DNA of 64,000 bases, from positions 25,336 through 89,335 of the forward strand of contig DATJBS010000012.1 in NCBI GenBank assembly GCA_035515235.1. The letters run 5' to 3'. The stretch comes from Chitinophagales bacterium. GTDB taxonomy: Bacteria > Bacteroidota > Bacteroidia > Chitinophagales > JADIYW01. This document shows positions 42,619-52,896 of the stretch, in pieces. Position numbers and translations under genes: made by a program. Position 1 is the stretch's first letter; the number at the start of each line of letters is the position of its first letter. A model generated the notes under the pieces. It was not told where the DNA came from. It ran no database searches and worked only from the letters and a program-made list of their open reading frames with translations.

Positions 42619-45066
42619 TTAGAACGGATAGCCAATACCTATCACAAAGTTAGCATTCTGACCACGCCAAGATTTCCATTTATCATTCCATCTCCCTCTT
42701 CCATCCGGCTGCAATTCATTATAACCTGGATACTGAGTGATCCATCTTTTTCCTTCTTCGATATTAGGATCATACAATTTATATGAATAGTCTAATCTTA
42801 TTACAAACAATCCAAAATCTAGCCTAAACCCATACCCTGCACTCCATGCTAAGTCTTTGCCTAAACGTTTGATATTGAATTCTGCATTAGGTTTAGTACT
42901 ATCAGCTCTCAGCATCCACACGTTACCGATATCTGTAAACAATGCCATCTTAAACAGCTTAGTTAAATTGAAACGATATTCCACATTAAACTCCAGCTGA
43001 ATATCTCCAGTATTCAAATCTAATGAGGTTACGGAAGTATCTGCACTTCCTGGACCAAGTTCTCTATAGTTCCATCCACGCATCGACTGTGGACCTCCTG
43101 CGGCAAACTGCTCGACAAAAGGCATGATTTTAGAATTGCCATAAGGTATACCCGTACCTACATATACTCTAGAAACTAAAGTACTTTTATTTTTGAAGGT
43201 AAAATAGTACCTAAAGTCATTTTCTAACTTGGTGAAAGAAGCATAAGGAATCTTACTTAAAGTATATCCATCTTCTGGCTTGGTTTTGATGATCGACTGT
43301 ATACCGTAAACTAAATTCCCAGCTAGACCAACAGTTGCTCTATAAAATAGGAAACTCTTCACATTCCCTAAATTGATGTCTTGAGAACTATAAGTAAAAA
43401 CATATTTCTGTCCCATAATGAACTGCTGCTTATAGGACTGCGCAAAAATGGGATTAGAATTTAGAAAGGTATTGAAGTTGCTATTGAAAGATGCTTCTCT
43501 AGGCTTGATAAAACTTAAACTAAATGGTTGTAACTCATGTCTGATTTTCTTATTTCGTATATCATATCCATAACCTACGTTAATAGTATTGACTACATAT
43601 GAATAGTATCCAATTTTTCTCTGAAGATTATACCCTAAATTAATAAAAGTACTTTTGGGATATTGTAGAGGTTTATAATTATTTCGAATAACTGCTCTTT
43701 TCGTTTGCGGAAAAATTTTTGGAAAATATAATCTAGCATTCGTCAATAAATTCACAGAACTAATTCTTGTATTCTTCTCCGTCTCTTTATTAATATTATT
43801 GAATCTAAACTCTACCCCATTAGAAATATTAAATTCTAATCGATCTGCCCGCTTGAAAATATTTCTATTCATGTAAGAAATATTAAAATAAGTACCAATC
43901 TTATCTCTAGCATCCGTATTGGCTTCTAATTCAATTTTCCCCGATTGTCTTTTACGCAATTCTGCAGTGATTTCTGTATCTATATATCCTTCTGTCTGCG
44001 AGACCAATAAAGGTTTGTACTTAATATTCACAAATCGAAACACCCCCAATTCTGTCAATCGGCTGATGGTTTTTTGATAATCATCTTTTTGGAAGGTGGA
44101 ATCAGGATGATAAAAGATAGACTGAGCTATAATATCTGACCTTATATCTCTGGGAGAATAATAGATATACAGTCGTCTCAAAGTATCTTCCTTAAATGTT
44201 TTTCTTTTTAAGGTTGTATTTCCATAATTGATATTGAAAGTGACTTCACCTACTTTATACTGCTTGCGGACCAAATCATCTTTGTCATTTTTGATTTGCA
44301 AATAAACATCTTTAGCTACCTGATCGCCCGAAGTATCGACTTCAAATAGAATATTATTTTTAGTGAAAGAGAAAAAGCCGTTATTATTTAAAGCCAATGC
44401 CACCCGCTCTTGTTCCGCTTTCAAAGCATCTGTAGTGTAAGGGTCTCCTTTTTTGATAAAGGACTTTTTCATATTAGCCTTGACTACACTATCTATATCA
44501 GGATCCTCAATCTCAAAATAAGTATCATTGAAAGAATATCTTTTTGCAGGAAAAGCTCTGTAAAGCACTTCTGCTTTTTTCTTGTGTGATTTATATTCGC
44601 TCGTGACATCTGCGTTGAAATAACCTTGATTAATGAGGTAATTAGTCATTTTCTCCTCACTCGAAATCAATAATGTAGAATCAAATTCTACTGGCGCTTC
44701 TGCGATTTTTTCACGAATCCATTTATTGAATTTATTATAAGGTGGTTTTCCTTTGGCTACTTTCCTCTCCTCTTTCTTAGCATTGTGTGTAGCATTATAA
44801 AAGAACAATCTCGGTTGGAAAATAAATAAAAACTTTTTGTTGGGAACCTGGAGAGGCAATGCTGACAAATCAGAAGCTAATCTTTTCTTCTCTACTTTCA
44901 ATACTTTTTCGTAATCGGAAGCGTCTTCAATATCTTCAACATCTATTTTATTGCTTTTCAATAAATATTCTCCGTCACTGATATTTTTAGTAGTATTGCA
45001 ACTCCATGAAAATAACACCACCAATAAATACAATATTATAAATGAGGGTTTTATCTTAAGAGGCAT
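42619..45066 (-). CDS. Omp85 (BamA/TamA) family outer-membrane protein
   Basis: 815 aa. Signal/lipobox-like N-terminus, long beta-rich C-terminal barrel ending in aromatic ...GIGYPF, and bacterial surface antigen type blocks (GGPQSMRGW, DIGNVW). Confidence 0.8.
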   Translation of the reverse strand: MPLKIKPSFIILYLLVVLFSWSCNTTKNISDGEYLLKSNKIDVEDIEDASDYEKVLKVEKKRLASDLSALPLQVPNKKFLFIFQPRLFFYNATHNAKKEERKVAKGKPPYNKFNKWIREKIAEAPVEFDSTLLISSEEKMTNYLINQGYFNADVTSEYKSHKKKAEVLYRAFPAKRYSFNDTYFEIEDPDIDSVVKANMKKSFIKKGDPYTTDALKAEQERVALALNNNGFFSFTKNNILFEVDTSGDQVAKDVYLQIKNDKDDLVRKQYKVGEVTFNINYGNTTLKRKTFKEDTLRRLYIYYSPRDIRSDIIAQSIFYHPDSTFQKDDYQKTISRLTELGVFRFVNIKYKPLLVSQTEGYIDTEITAELRKRQSGKIELEANTDARDKIGTYFNISYMNRNIFKRADRLEFNISNGVEFRFNNINKETEKNTRISSVNLLTNARLYFPKIFPQTKRAVIRNNYKPLQYPKSTFINLGYNLQRKIGYYSYVVNTINVGYGYDIRNKKIRHELQPFSLSFIKPREASFNSNFNTFLNSNPIFAQSYKQQFIMGQKYVFTYSSQDINLGNVKSFLFYRATVGLAGNLVYGIQSIIKTKPEDGYTLSKIPYASFTKLENDFRYYFTFKNKSTLVSRVYVGTGIPYGNSKIMPFVEQFAAGGPQSMRGWNYRELGPGSADTSVTSLDLNTGDIQLEFNVEYRFNLTKLFKMALFTDIGNVWMLRADSTKPNAEFNIKRLGKDLAWSAGYGFRLDFGLFVIRLDYSYKLYDPNIEEGKRWITQYPGYNELQPDGRGRWNDKWKSWRGQNANFVIGIGYPF

Positions 45067-45068
45067 AT

Positions 45069-45806
45069 ATGGTATTGTCTAAATCTGATATTAAAAGAAT
45101 TAACGCTCTTAAAATTAAGAAATACAGGGTGATAGAGAAACAATTTGTAGCTGAAGGGCAAAAAATTATTTTGGACTTAATACAAATTGGACTCATTCCT
45201 GAATTATTGGTGACGACAAAGTTACAGGAAAGTTTATTTAATCACATTGATTCTAATAAATTAAGAATTGCAAGCGAGGAAGATCTACAAAAAATCTCAT
45301 CTTTAAAGCAATCTCCAGGCTGTTTAGCAATATTTAATACTCCAGAACCTACAGAAGAAATTCCTAATGAGAGCTGGATTTTAGCGACAGATGATATTCA
45401 AGACCCTGGAAATTTAGGTACTTTGATAAGAATTGCAGACTGGTTTGGAATACGATATATCGTTTGTTCAATAGAAACAGTAGATGCTTATAATTCTAAA
45501 GTCGTTCAAGCCACCATGGGCTCGATCGGAAGAGTGCAAATTCATTATGTGGATTTAGAAGATTTCTTTAAGAAAAATCCCACAAGAAAAATTTATGCAG
45601 GAGTCTTAGACGGCCGAGATATTAGAGATATTAATTTTGCCGAACCGGGTATTTTATTGATAGGTAATGAATCCAAGGGCATTGACAAAAGCCTCATGTC
45701 TTATGTTTCAGATCCTGTATTAATTCCTAGACTGGGCGAAGCTGAATCACTTAACGCGGGCGTAGCGGCTGGTATAATGGTTTCGTTTGCTCTTTTATCA
45801 CGTTAG
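45069..45806 (+). CDS. TrmH/SpoU family RNA 2'-O-methyltransferase
   Basis: 245 aa. SPOUT motifs DPGNLGTLIRIADWFG, LLIGNESKGI, ESLNAGVAAGI. Confidence 0.85.
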   Translation: MVLSKSDIKRINALKIKKYRVIEKQFVAEGQKIILDLIQIGLIPELLVTTKLQESLFNHIDSNKLRIASEEDLQKISSLKQSPGCLAIFNTPEPTEEIPNESWILATDDIQDPGNLGTLIRIADWFGIRYIVCSIETVDAYNSKVVQATMGSIGRVQIHYVDLEDFFKKNPTRKIYAGVLDGRDIRDINFAEPGILLIGNESKGIDKSLMSYVSDPVLIPRLGEAESLNAGVAAGIMVSFALLSR

Positions 45807-46683
45807 GCACATCCCCATTTTCTCTACGTTGATATTCCACCATATTGATTTGTTTCCATTTCCCTTTAGCCCATTCAAAAGATTCTAAAGTCCCATCAGG
45901 CACTAAATCTATAGCGCTAGCATCCGTATTTCCACTGAGTGAAACTAGATGATCGTAATAAATCTGTTTAATTTCTGGATAAAAAGAAATGGAGAGCGCA
46001 GCATCTTTTTTGTATTCAAATACTATTCTTGTAGGACTTTTGCCTTTGAGCATATTGAAAATAGGATAACCGAATTTTGCTTTTCCCTCTTTGTCAAACC
46101 ACAGCACGTCAATATATTTCTTATTCGTTCGGATATTATTACCATCCCAACCAAATAAAGTATAGTAAGTAGTTTTACCCACTTTCATGGGAATGATTTG
46201 ATAATACAAAGCTCCTATCCATCTGTCAGCATCCACGATTATAGAATCTATATGGTCATAAAAATCTGTATAATCTACTAATGGCTGCAATTGAGGTTGA
46301 GTTTCATTGGATTGAATTACCCCAAAATATCTATAAGTTCCATTATCAAATGCTAATTGCCACGTGAAAATTCTAAACTTTTTGTCTTCAGGTTCCATGA
46401 TAGCTATGGAATTCAGTGAATCAAATTTATAATTAAACGAACCTTGTTCACGCAGTGCTTTGGATAATACTTTAATGATTTTCATGGCTGCTGCTGATCG
46501 CTGAGTTTCGGTACTATCGTTGATCAGTTGAAAGTTAAAAACCTTCAGAGAATCGTGATAGACTTTCAGACTAGTAGAAGTTTTGCTGGGAGCAGTTTCC
46601 ACGACATTCTTCTCTTGAGCAAATCCGCTTAAGCTAGATATGAGCAAAATCATTACAACAAAACTTAAACGAATATTCATCAT
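45751..46683 (-). CDS. Hypothetical secreted protein
   Basis: 310 aa with signal peptide MMNIRLSFVVMILLISSLSGFAQE. Its 3' end overlaps the convergent TrmH gene by 56 nt. Confidence 0.6.
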   Translation of the reverse strand: MMNIRLSFVVMILLISSLSGFAQEKNVVETAPSKTSTSLKVYHDSLKVFNFQLINDSTETQRSAAAMKIIKVLSKALREQGSFNYKFDSLNSIAIMEPEDKKFRIFTWQLAFDNGTYRYFGVIQSNETQPQLQPLVDYTDFYDHIDSIIVDADRWIGALYYQIIPMKVGKTTYYTLFGWDGNNIRTNKKYIDVLWFDKEGKAKFGYPIFNMLKGKSPTRIVFEYKKDAALSISFYPEIKQIYYDHLVSLSGNTDASAIDLVPDGTLESFEWAKGKWKQINMVEYQRRENGDVPNVIKEQTKPLYQPLRPR

Positions 46684-47125
46684 GCTTTCTATATCAATAA
46701 TGGCACCAAATTAATGAAAATTAAATAGGCAGAATGTGAAAATAAGCAAATCAAACCTTCTCATACTCTATATCCAAACTTCGAGTATCCTCAGTGTAAA
46801 ATACTAAATAGGGCGTGTCCCTTCGGGTCGGGCTATCATTTCGTCTTCCCTCATGTCATTACGGATGTAATCCGTAATCATTTCGGGTGATACTCCATTC
46901 TATCCCTCACGCGTACGAGTTGGTAAGGAATAAGCTTAGTCTCTAAAAGATATACGAACTTAATATCTCAAGAGTAAATTTCAAGTAAAAAAAAACTTTT
47001 TATCTTTAATAAAGTTTATGATGTATTTTGAGAGATATAAAGCTGTTCAAAACACATTGACTTTTTATAGTATAAAGTCCTTAAAAAAGTGCTTACTTCT
47101 TTAATTAATCTATAGAATAAAAATT

Positions 47126-47338
47126 ATGCAACAAATTATTTTAAAAAAAGATATCGACAAAGCCAAGATTGATGCTTTGCTTAATTTCTTAAAAACTTGG
47201 AATATTGAGGCAGAACTTAAAACTAGCTCAATTAAAGCCAAAGAGGAAAGTGAATTTTCACTTTCCACTGGACTATGGAAAGATTATAATATAGATTCAA
47301 ACGAACTTCGTACAAAAGCTTGGAATAGAAACAAATGA
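47126..47338 (+). CDS. Putative type II antitoxin (partner of the PIN toxin)
   Basis: 70-aa ORF whose stop overlaps the toxin start (ATGA). Confidence 0.6.
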   Translation: MQQIILKKDIDKAKIDALLNFLKTWNIEAELKTSSIKAKEESEFSLSTGLWKDYNIDSNELRTKAWNRNK

Positions 47339-47712
47339 TACTCTGCGATACCAATATTTTTATAGAAATATATAGAGGAAATTTTGACATTATACAAGTT
47401 GTAAAATCAATTGGTCAACACAATATTGCTGTATCTGATGTTACTTGTGCCGAGTTGCTGTATGGAGCTAGAAATAAAAGAGAATTACTAGCAATACGCA
47501 AAGATTTAAATAAAATAACTATTGCACCAATTGAAGCTAGTATTTCAACATTGGCAGTAGAGCTTGTAGAAAAGCATGCATTGTCTCATAAGCTTTCTCT
47601 ACCCGATGCCTTAATTGGAGCCACAGCGATTTTTCATAATATAGAACTCTTCACTCTCAATATTAAAGATTTTAGATTTTTGGAGCAAATTAAATTGTTT
47701 AAGATAGAATAA
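47335..47712 (+). CDS. vapC: PIN-domain toxin (VapC-like)
   Basis: 125 aa. PIN acidic residues in context: CDTNIF (D5), CAELLYG (E40), LPDALIG (D91), NIKDF (D111). Confidence 0.8.
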   Translation: MILCDTNIFIEIYRGNFDIIQVVKSIGQHNIAVSDVTCAELLYGARNKRELLAIRKDLNKITIAPIEASISTLAVELVEKHALSHKLSLPDALIGATAIFHNIELFTLNIKDFRFLEQIKLFKIE

Positions 47713-47913
47713 TTGAAGTTCAAACTTTTCTCTTAAAGCTAAGAATACATATTATTTATACACTTTCATTTATGCTGAACTACAACGCTTTTCCATTTCC
47801 TTATTCTAGAATTTCAAATTTTATCAGAGATGTCAAAGTTTAGGTATTAAAGATTGTACTTAAAGAAATCAGACTAGAACGATAAGCTGAAAGCTGGATT
47901 TAAAACCCAATAG

Positions 47914-48725
47914 AATATGAATGGATTTGCACCTACGGAGCAATATATTATTGGTGGATATTATTTTCTACAAAAAGACAGCACCTACGGCGCATCATTA
48001 TTTGAAAATTCAATACTATTATTCAAGTAGAATTTAGATTAAAGAGATTGCTTCGTGCCTCGCAATGACAGATTTCTTTCAATTTTAGCCAATCCAACAG
48101 AATATGAATGGGTTTGCATCTACGGAACAATATATTATTGGTGGATATTATTTTCTACAAAAAGATAGCACCTACGGCGCATCATTATTTGAAAAATCTA
48201 ATGCAATTACACAAGTAGAATTTAGATTAAAGATATTGTTTCGTGCCTCGCAATGACGGATTTTTTTTCATTTTTATAAAACCCATTAAAATATGAACTG
48301 GCTTGCAACTACGGAGCAAAATATATTATTGGTGGATATTATTTTCTACAAAAAGACAGCACCTACGGCGCATCTTTATTTGTAAAATCTAATACAATTA
48401 CACAAGTAGAATTTATTTTAAAAGAGATTGCTTCGTGCCTCGCAATGACAGATTTCTTTCAATTTTAGCCAATCCAACAGAATATGAATGGGTTTGCACC
48501 TACGGAGCAATATATATTATTGGTGGATATTATTTTCTACAAAAAGACAGCACCTACGGCGCATCTTTATTTGTAAAATCTAATACAATTACACAAGTAG
48601 AATTTATTTTAAAAGAGATTGCTTCGCTATTCGCAATGAAGAATTTTTAATTTTTAGAAACTCCAACAGAATATGAATTGGCTTGCACCTACGGAGCAAT
48701 ATATTATTGGTGGATATTATTTTCT
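47914..48725. repeat. Tandem repeat, ~189-bp unit x ~4.3
   Basis: Units start at 47914, 48101, 48290, 48481 and 48670 (lengths 187, 189, 191, 189, then a partial unit). Each unit carries gcacctacggRgca twice and the hairpin word attgcttcgtgcctcgcaatgac. Confidence 0.9.
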
Positions 48726-48864
48726 TAAATAGAGATGGTTCTTATTAAAGAAAATGACTTAAAACTTGAATAGCGAGAGAGCTTATTAAAGAAAATGATG
48801 AAATACTTAAATAGAGATAATGCTTATTAAAGAAAACAAAGAAAAACTTAAATAGGAAACGATT
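48724..48864. repeat. Tandem repeat, 41-bp unit x ~3.4
   Basis: Units start at 48724, 48765, 48806 and 48847 (cttaaatagagat..gcttattaaagaaaa...). It abuts the 189-bp array. Confidence 0.85.
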
Positions 48865-49079
48865 ATAATAAATATCTTTTTGAAATATTATACTGAATTT
48901 ACAAGCTAGCAGTATTTAGTAGATAATCATATTATAGTTTTTTTAAGGTATAACATGCTACAATAACAATTAATTATTAACTTTAATTTAGTTCAAAATC
49001 AAAATGATTACTAATAGAAGGAATGTAATAAACCTTACTATAATTTGTAACTACTCATTATTTACTTAAAAAATAAGGT

Positions 49080-51438
49080 ATGAAAAAGTTAGTGTTTACA
49101 TTATTACAATTTCTTTTCATTTTTAACAGTGAGGTGTATTCTCAAGTATCATTTGATAATTATGCAAATATCCATACCATTGGAATAAGTTTACGAACAG
49201 ATATTCCTGACATACAAAATGATTTATCTTTGTCATTAGAATATAAAAAAGCAACAGACATTACTAAATCTTCTTCTAAAAATGATTGGATTCAGGGTTT
49301 TGAAATGGTTCAAACTAATACATTTGATACTAATCTCTATAATTCTTCTATTTTTTATTGCTCTCCTAACACTGAATATTATATCAAAGTAACTTTAGTC
49401 GATCCTACCACACCTTCTCTGAATGGGATTTTTTACGATACAATTACAACACAGCAATTAGAGCCTATTACTACCTACAGCAAAACTTATTATGTTTCTC
49501 CCTTAGGCACGAATGCATTATATTTAGAGACAGCTCCTGGTAATTTTCAACAAGCACTAAATCTTGTACAAGCGGGTGAAAGAATTGTCCTTTTATCTGG
49601 AATTTATAATTTTGGAGAAATTACTTTTAATAAAAGTGGTACACTATCTGCCCCAATTACAATAGAAGGAATTTCAAAAGGAAGTGTTCTCATCGATGGA
49701 AGTGATAATAATATAAATTGGGCTTCAGATCCTACAAGTGAAGGTTACAAAACAGTGATAAAAAATTCAAATTGCAATGTTGTAATCGCAGATGGAATTA
49801 GACTATATCCGCACAATACATTACTAGAATTAAGAAAAAATAAAATTGCTTATAATAATGACAGTTGTATTGAGGCTGGTGTAGATGGATTTTTTAGGAA
49901 TAAAAAATTTGGTGATATTTATAATGTTCTTCGTGTAAAATTTAGAGATAATTCAGATCCTAGAGATAAGGACGTAAAAGTAGGTAGGTATAATTTCTTT
50001 ATGAAATTATTTGGCTCTCAAAACATTAGATTTAGCAAACTGGATATTAAATATTATGGATCCAGTAACGAAGCAGCCATTGTACTTAAAAATTCTACTA
50101 ATATCATTTTTGATAATTGTCATTTTGAATTCAATGATATTGGTGTCTAATTGGATGAGAATACTAATAATATACTTATTGATAATTGTGAGTTTTCTGA
50201 TGGAAATGGTGATTGGAAATATTGGAGAATGAAAGCAACTGGCCAAGACTTTTTTTATCCAAATTGTACAGATCTTAACAAAGCTTCAGGAAATCGTGGT
50301 TTAGAAAAAGGGGGGAGTTTTTGTAACGGGAAATTTCTCAGGAAGGGGCTTAATTATAAAAAACTCTTCTTTTCATGATATCGTTCAAGGTTTATCTATT
50401 ACACCACAATCGTTTTGGATAGACAAAAATGGCAAAACTTCAGAAATTGATTTTTATGATAATGAAGTTTTTAATTGTTCTGAAGATGGTTTAGAATGTG
50501 ATGTATTTCCCCGAAATGTAAGAATATGGAACAATACTTTTCATGATGTAAATGCAGCAATATCTATTGCTTCAGGAGCAGATGGACCCATATACATCTT
50601 TAGAAATATATTCTATAATTTCACAACAGATACGACATGGTTACCAATTGCGAATGATTTCAATCCTGGCCGTTCTTTAAAATTAAATGCCGATAATTCA
50701 GGTCAAGCAAAAGACAATACTGGTCATTTGTATTTTATGCACAATACCGTATATGCAAAAAACGATCACTATCCAATGGATATTTACAAACCCAATCCTC
50801 AAGTTTGGGATAAGATAATATTATTGAATAATATTTTTCATACAGAGAATCAATTTTGCATGAGATTTAGAGCATCTACATTTGGAGATGTAAGATCAGA
50901 TAATAATAATTTCTATAATAAACAGAAAAACTTAATTTATTATGAAAAAACCATCTTTGACACACTTAGTCTTTCAGCATTTAACAACCAATTTCAATTA
51001 GATCATCATAGTTTTTATGCAAAACCATCATTTTATGATACTTCCAATTATGACTTTAGATTAAATGAAGGAAGTCCTAATATAGACGCTGGAGTTATTA
51101 TACCAGGTTTAAACACTGACTATTATGGTCTAGCACCAGATATAGGAGCTATAGAGTCTTCGATGACTACCCATATTTTAAAAACTGAAAAAGAAATCGA
51201 TATACAATTATATCCAAATCCATTTTCTTCAAATCTTGAGATGCGTATCAATAAGAACTCTAGCTTTGAAAATGCTAGTTTGATTATTTACAATTTAGAT
51301 GGAAGATTGATGCATCAACAGCAAATCAACAGCAACAATACCACTTTAAATACTAATAATTTATTACCTGGCCTTTACATCATTTCTATTCACATAGATA
51401 ATAATGATTACACAAAAAAAATTATAAAAGTATTGTAA
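49080..51438 (+). pseudogene. Disrupted gene for a secreted right-handed beta-helix protein with T9SS C-terminal sorting domain
   Basis: Three ORF pieces (49080..50150, 50151..50378, 50305/50728..51438). There is an in-frame TAA at 50148 and a +1 frameshift at the A5G6 run (50305..50315). Beta-helix words include NCHFEFNDIG and IDNCEFSDG. The C-terminus LYPNPFSSNLEMRIN...LPGLYIISI...KIIKV is a Por/T9SS tail. Confidence 0.75.
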
Positions 51439-51512
51439 AACTCTATTTCTCCTACTGACTTTTAATAACTTTTATTAAATATTTCCAAAGCTTATTGTAC
51501 AAAAAAGCATGG

Positions 51513-51520
51513 TATCTTTG
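51513..51520 (+). promoter_or_regulatory. Candidate -7 box TATCTTTG for the MATE gene
   Basis: Matches TAnnTTTG and ends 9 nt before the ATG at 51529 (very short leader). Confidence 0.4.
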
Positions 51521-51528
51521 CACCTCGA

Positions 51529-52878
51529 ATGAAAAATGAGATAAAAAGAACTTTGCAAATTGCTGCTCCCTTGATATTGGGAAATATCACGCAGATGGCT
51601 TTGAGTCTCATTGACACTGCTATGGTTGGTGCGATTGATTACAAACAATTGGCTGCAGCGGCATTGGTCACCAATCTTTTAGCTATACCTTATGTAATGG
51701 GTATTGGACTGACGACTGCTTTGACTCCTTTAATTGCAATTGCTAATGGTAAAGGCAATAAATTTGAAGCATCGAGATATTTATATAATGGTGTAATTCT
51801 CTGTACCATCATCTCTGTTTTTATTGCTTTAGGACTTTCTTTTTCTGAAAAAATTGTTTTCAATATTGGGCAAGACCCGATAGTAGCAGCTTTATCTATT
51901 CCATATTTAAAAATCATGGGTTGGTCCGTGATTCCTATGATATTTTTCCTTTCATTGAAGCAGTTTTGCGATGCACTCGAACAAACAAAAGTCGCCATGT
52001 TTCTTTCATTAATATCCATGCCTATCAATGTTTTATTGAATTGGATCATGATTTATGGCAATTGGGGTTTCCCAAGAATGGAGCTAGAAGGTGCAGGATG
52101 GGCTACATTAATCAGTCGTATTTTGATAGCAATTGCATTACTTTGGGTTGTACTCACTAACGAAAGATTTAAAGAATATATTGACTTAAGAAAAGAAGCT
52201 TGGAAAATCAATCTCGTATCATTCGTTCAAATTCTTAAACTAGGAATTCCAAGTGGATTACAATTTGGATTGGAAGTGGGCGCTTTTGCAATTTCTGGAA
52301 TTATGATTGGTTGGTTTGGAGCAACTCAACAAGCAGCTCACCAAATCGCATTAAATATTGCTTCATTTACCTTCATGATTATCATGGGCTTATCTACTGC
52401 TGGATCTATTCGAATTAGTAATGCTCTAGGTAGAGGAAATATTTTACAAATGAGAAATATCGGCTTGAGTACTTTAACTGTAGGTCTTGCTTATGGATTT
52501 ATTACAGGTCTACTTTTTATTATTTTCCATAATTACCTACCTCTTATTTTCAATCAAAATACTGAAGTAGTCAGTCTTGCAGCACATTTATTGATTTTTG
52601 CAGCCATTTTTCAAATATCAGATTCCACCCAAGCTATAGGTATAGGATTGCTCCGAGGCATGAAAGACGTCACGATTCCCACCGTTAGCGTTATTATTGC
52701 TTATTGGGTTATTGGCTTGCCATTAGGATATTATTTAGGCGTAAAATATGATATGAAGGCCACAGGAATGTGGATAGGTCTCGTGATAGGTTTGACGGTT
52801 TCATCGATATTACTGAATATCCGATTCCATACACATACTAAAAAGATGTTGGCAGAAGAAAATCTAAGCAATAGATAA
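51529..52878 (+). CDS. MATE family efflux transporter
   Basis: 449 aa, 12-TM layout, N-terminal LAAPLILGNITQMALSLIDTAMVG typical of MATE/NorM. Confidence 0.88.
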   Translation: MKNEIKRTLQIAAPLILGNITQMALSLIDTAMVGAIDYKQLAAAALVTNLLAIPYVMGIGLTTALTPLIAIANGKGNKFEASRYLYNGVILCTIISVFIALGLSFSEKIVFNIGQDPIVAALSIPYLKIMGWSVIPMIFFLSLKQFCDALEQTKVAMFLSLISMPINVLLNWIMIYGNWGFPRMELEGAGWATLISRILIAIALLWVVLTNERFKEYIDLRKEAWKINLVSFVQILKLGIPSGLQFGLEVGAFAISGIMIGWFGATQQAAHQIALNIASFTFMIIMGLSTAGSIRISNALGRGNILQMRNIGLSTLTVGLAYGFITGLLFIIFHNYLPLIFNQNTEVVSLAAHLLIFAAIFQISDSTQAIGIGLLRGMKDVTIPTVSVIIAYWVIGLPLGYYLGVKYDMKATGMWIGLVIGLTVSSILLNIRFHTHTKKMLAEENLSNR

Positions 52879-52896
52879 TCTTTTATCTTTACATCA

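Noticed and set aside
45751-45806. 56-nt convergent overlap of the TrmH and 310-aa genes as a regulatory antisense arrangement.
   Set aside because: Both C-termini look plausible, but tail overlaps of convergent genes are common in compact genomes and may reflect non-essential C-terminal extensions. There is no further structure to support a special mechanism.
48435-48650. 71-aa ORF in the track.
   Set aside because: It has a GTG start and simply reads through one unit of the 189-bp tandem repeat. Equivalent frames in the other units are broken.
47914-48864. Possible CRISPR array, given regularly spaced repeats.
   Set aside because: The whole 189-bp (or 41-bp) unit is repeated, with no unique spacers between short repeats. 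The unit length is wrong for CRISPR and there are no cas genes in the window.
50007-50246. ORFs 50007..50246 (-) and 50011..50232 (+) at the pseudogene break.
   Set aside because: They are alternative-frame readings across the disrupted beta-helix gene and have no independent support.
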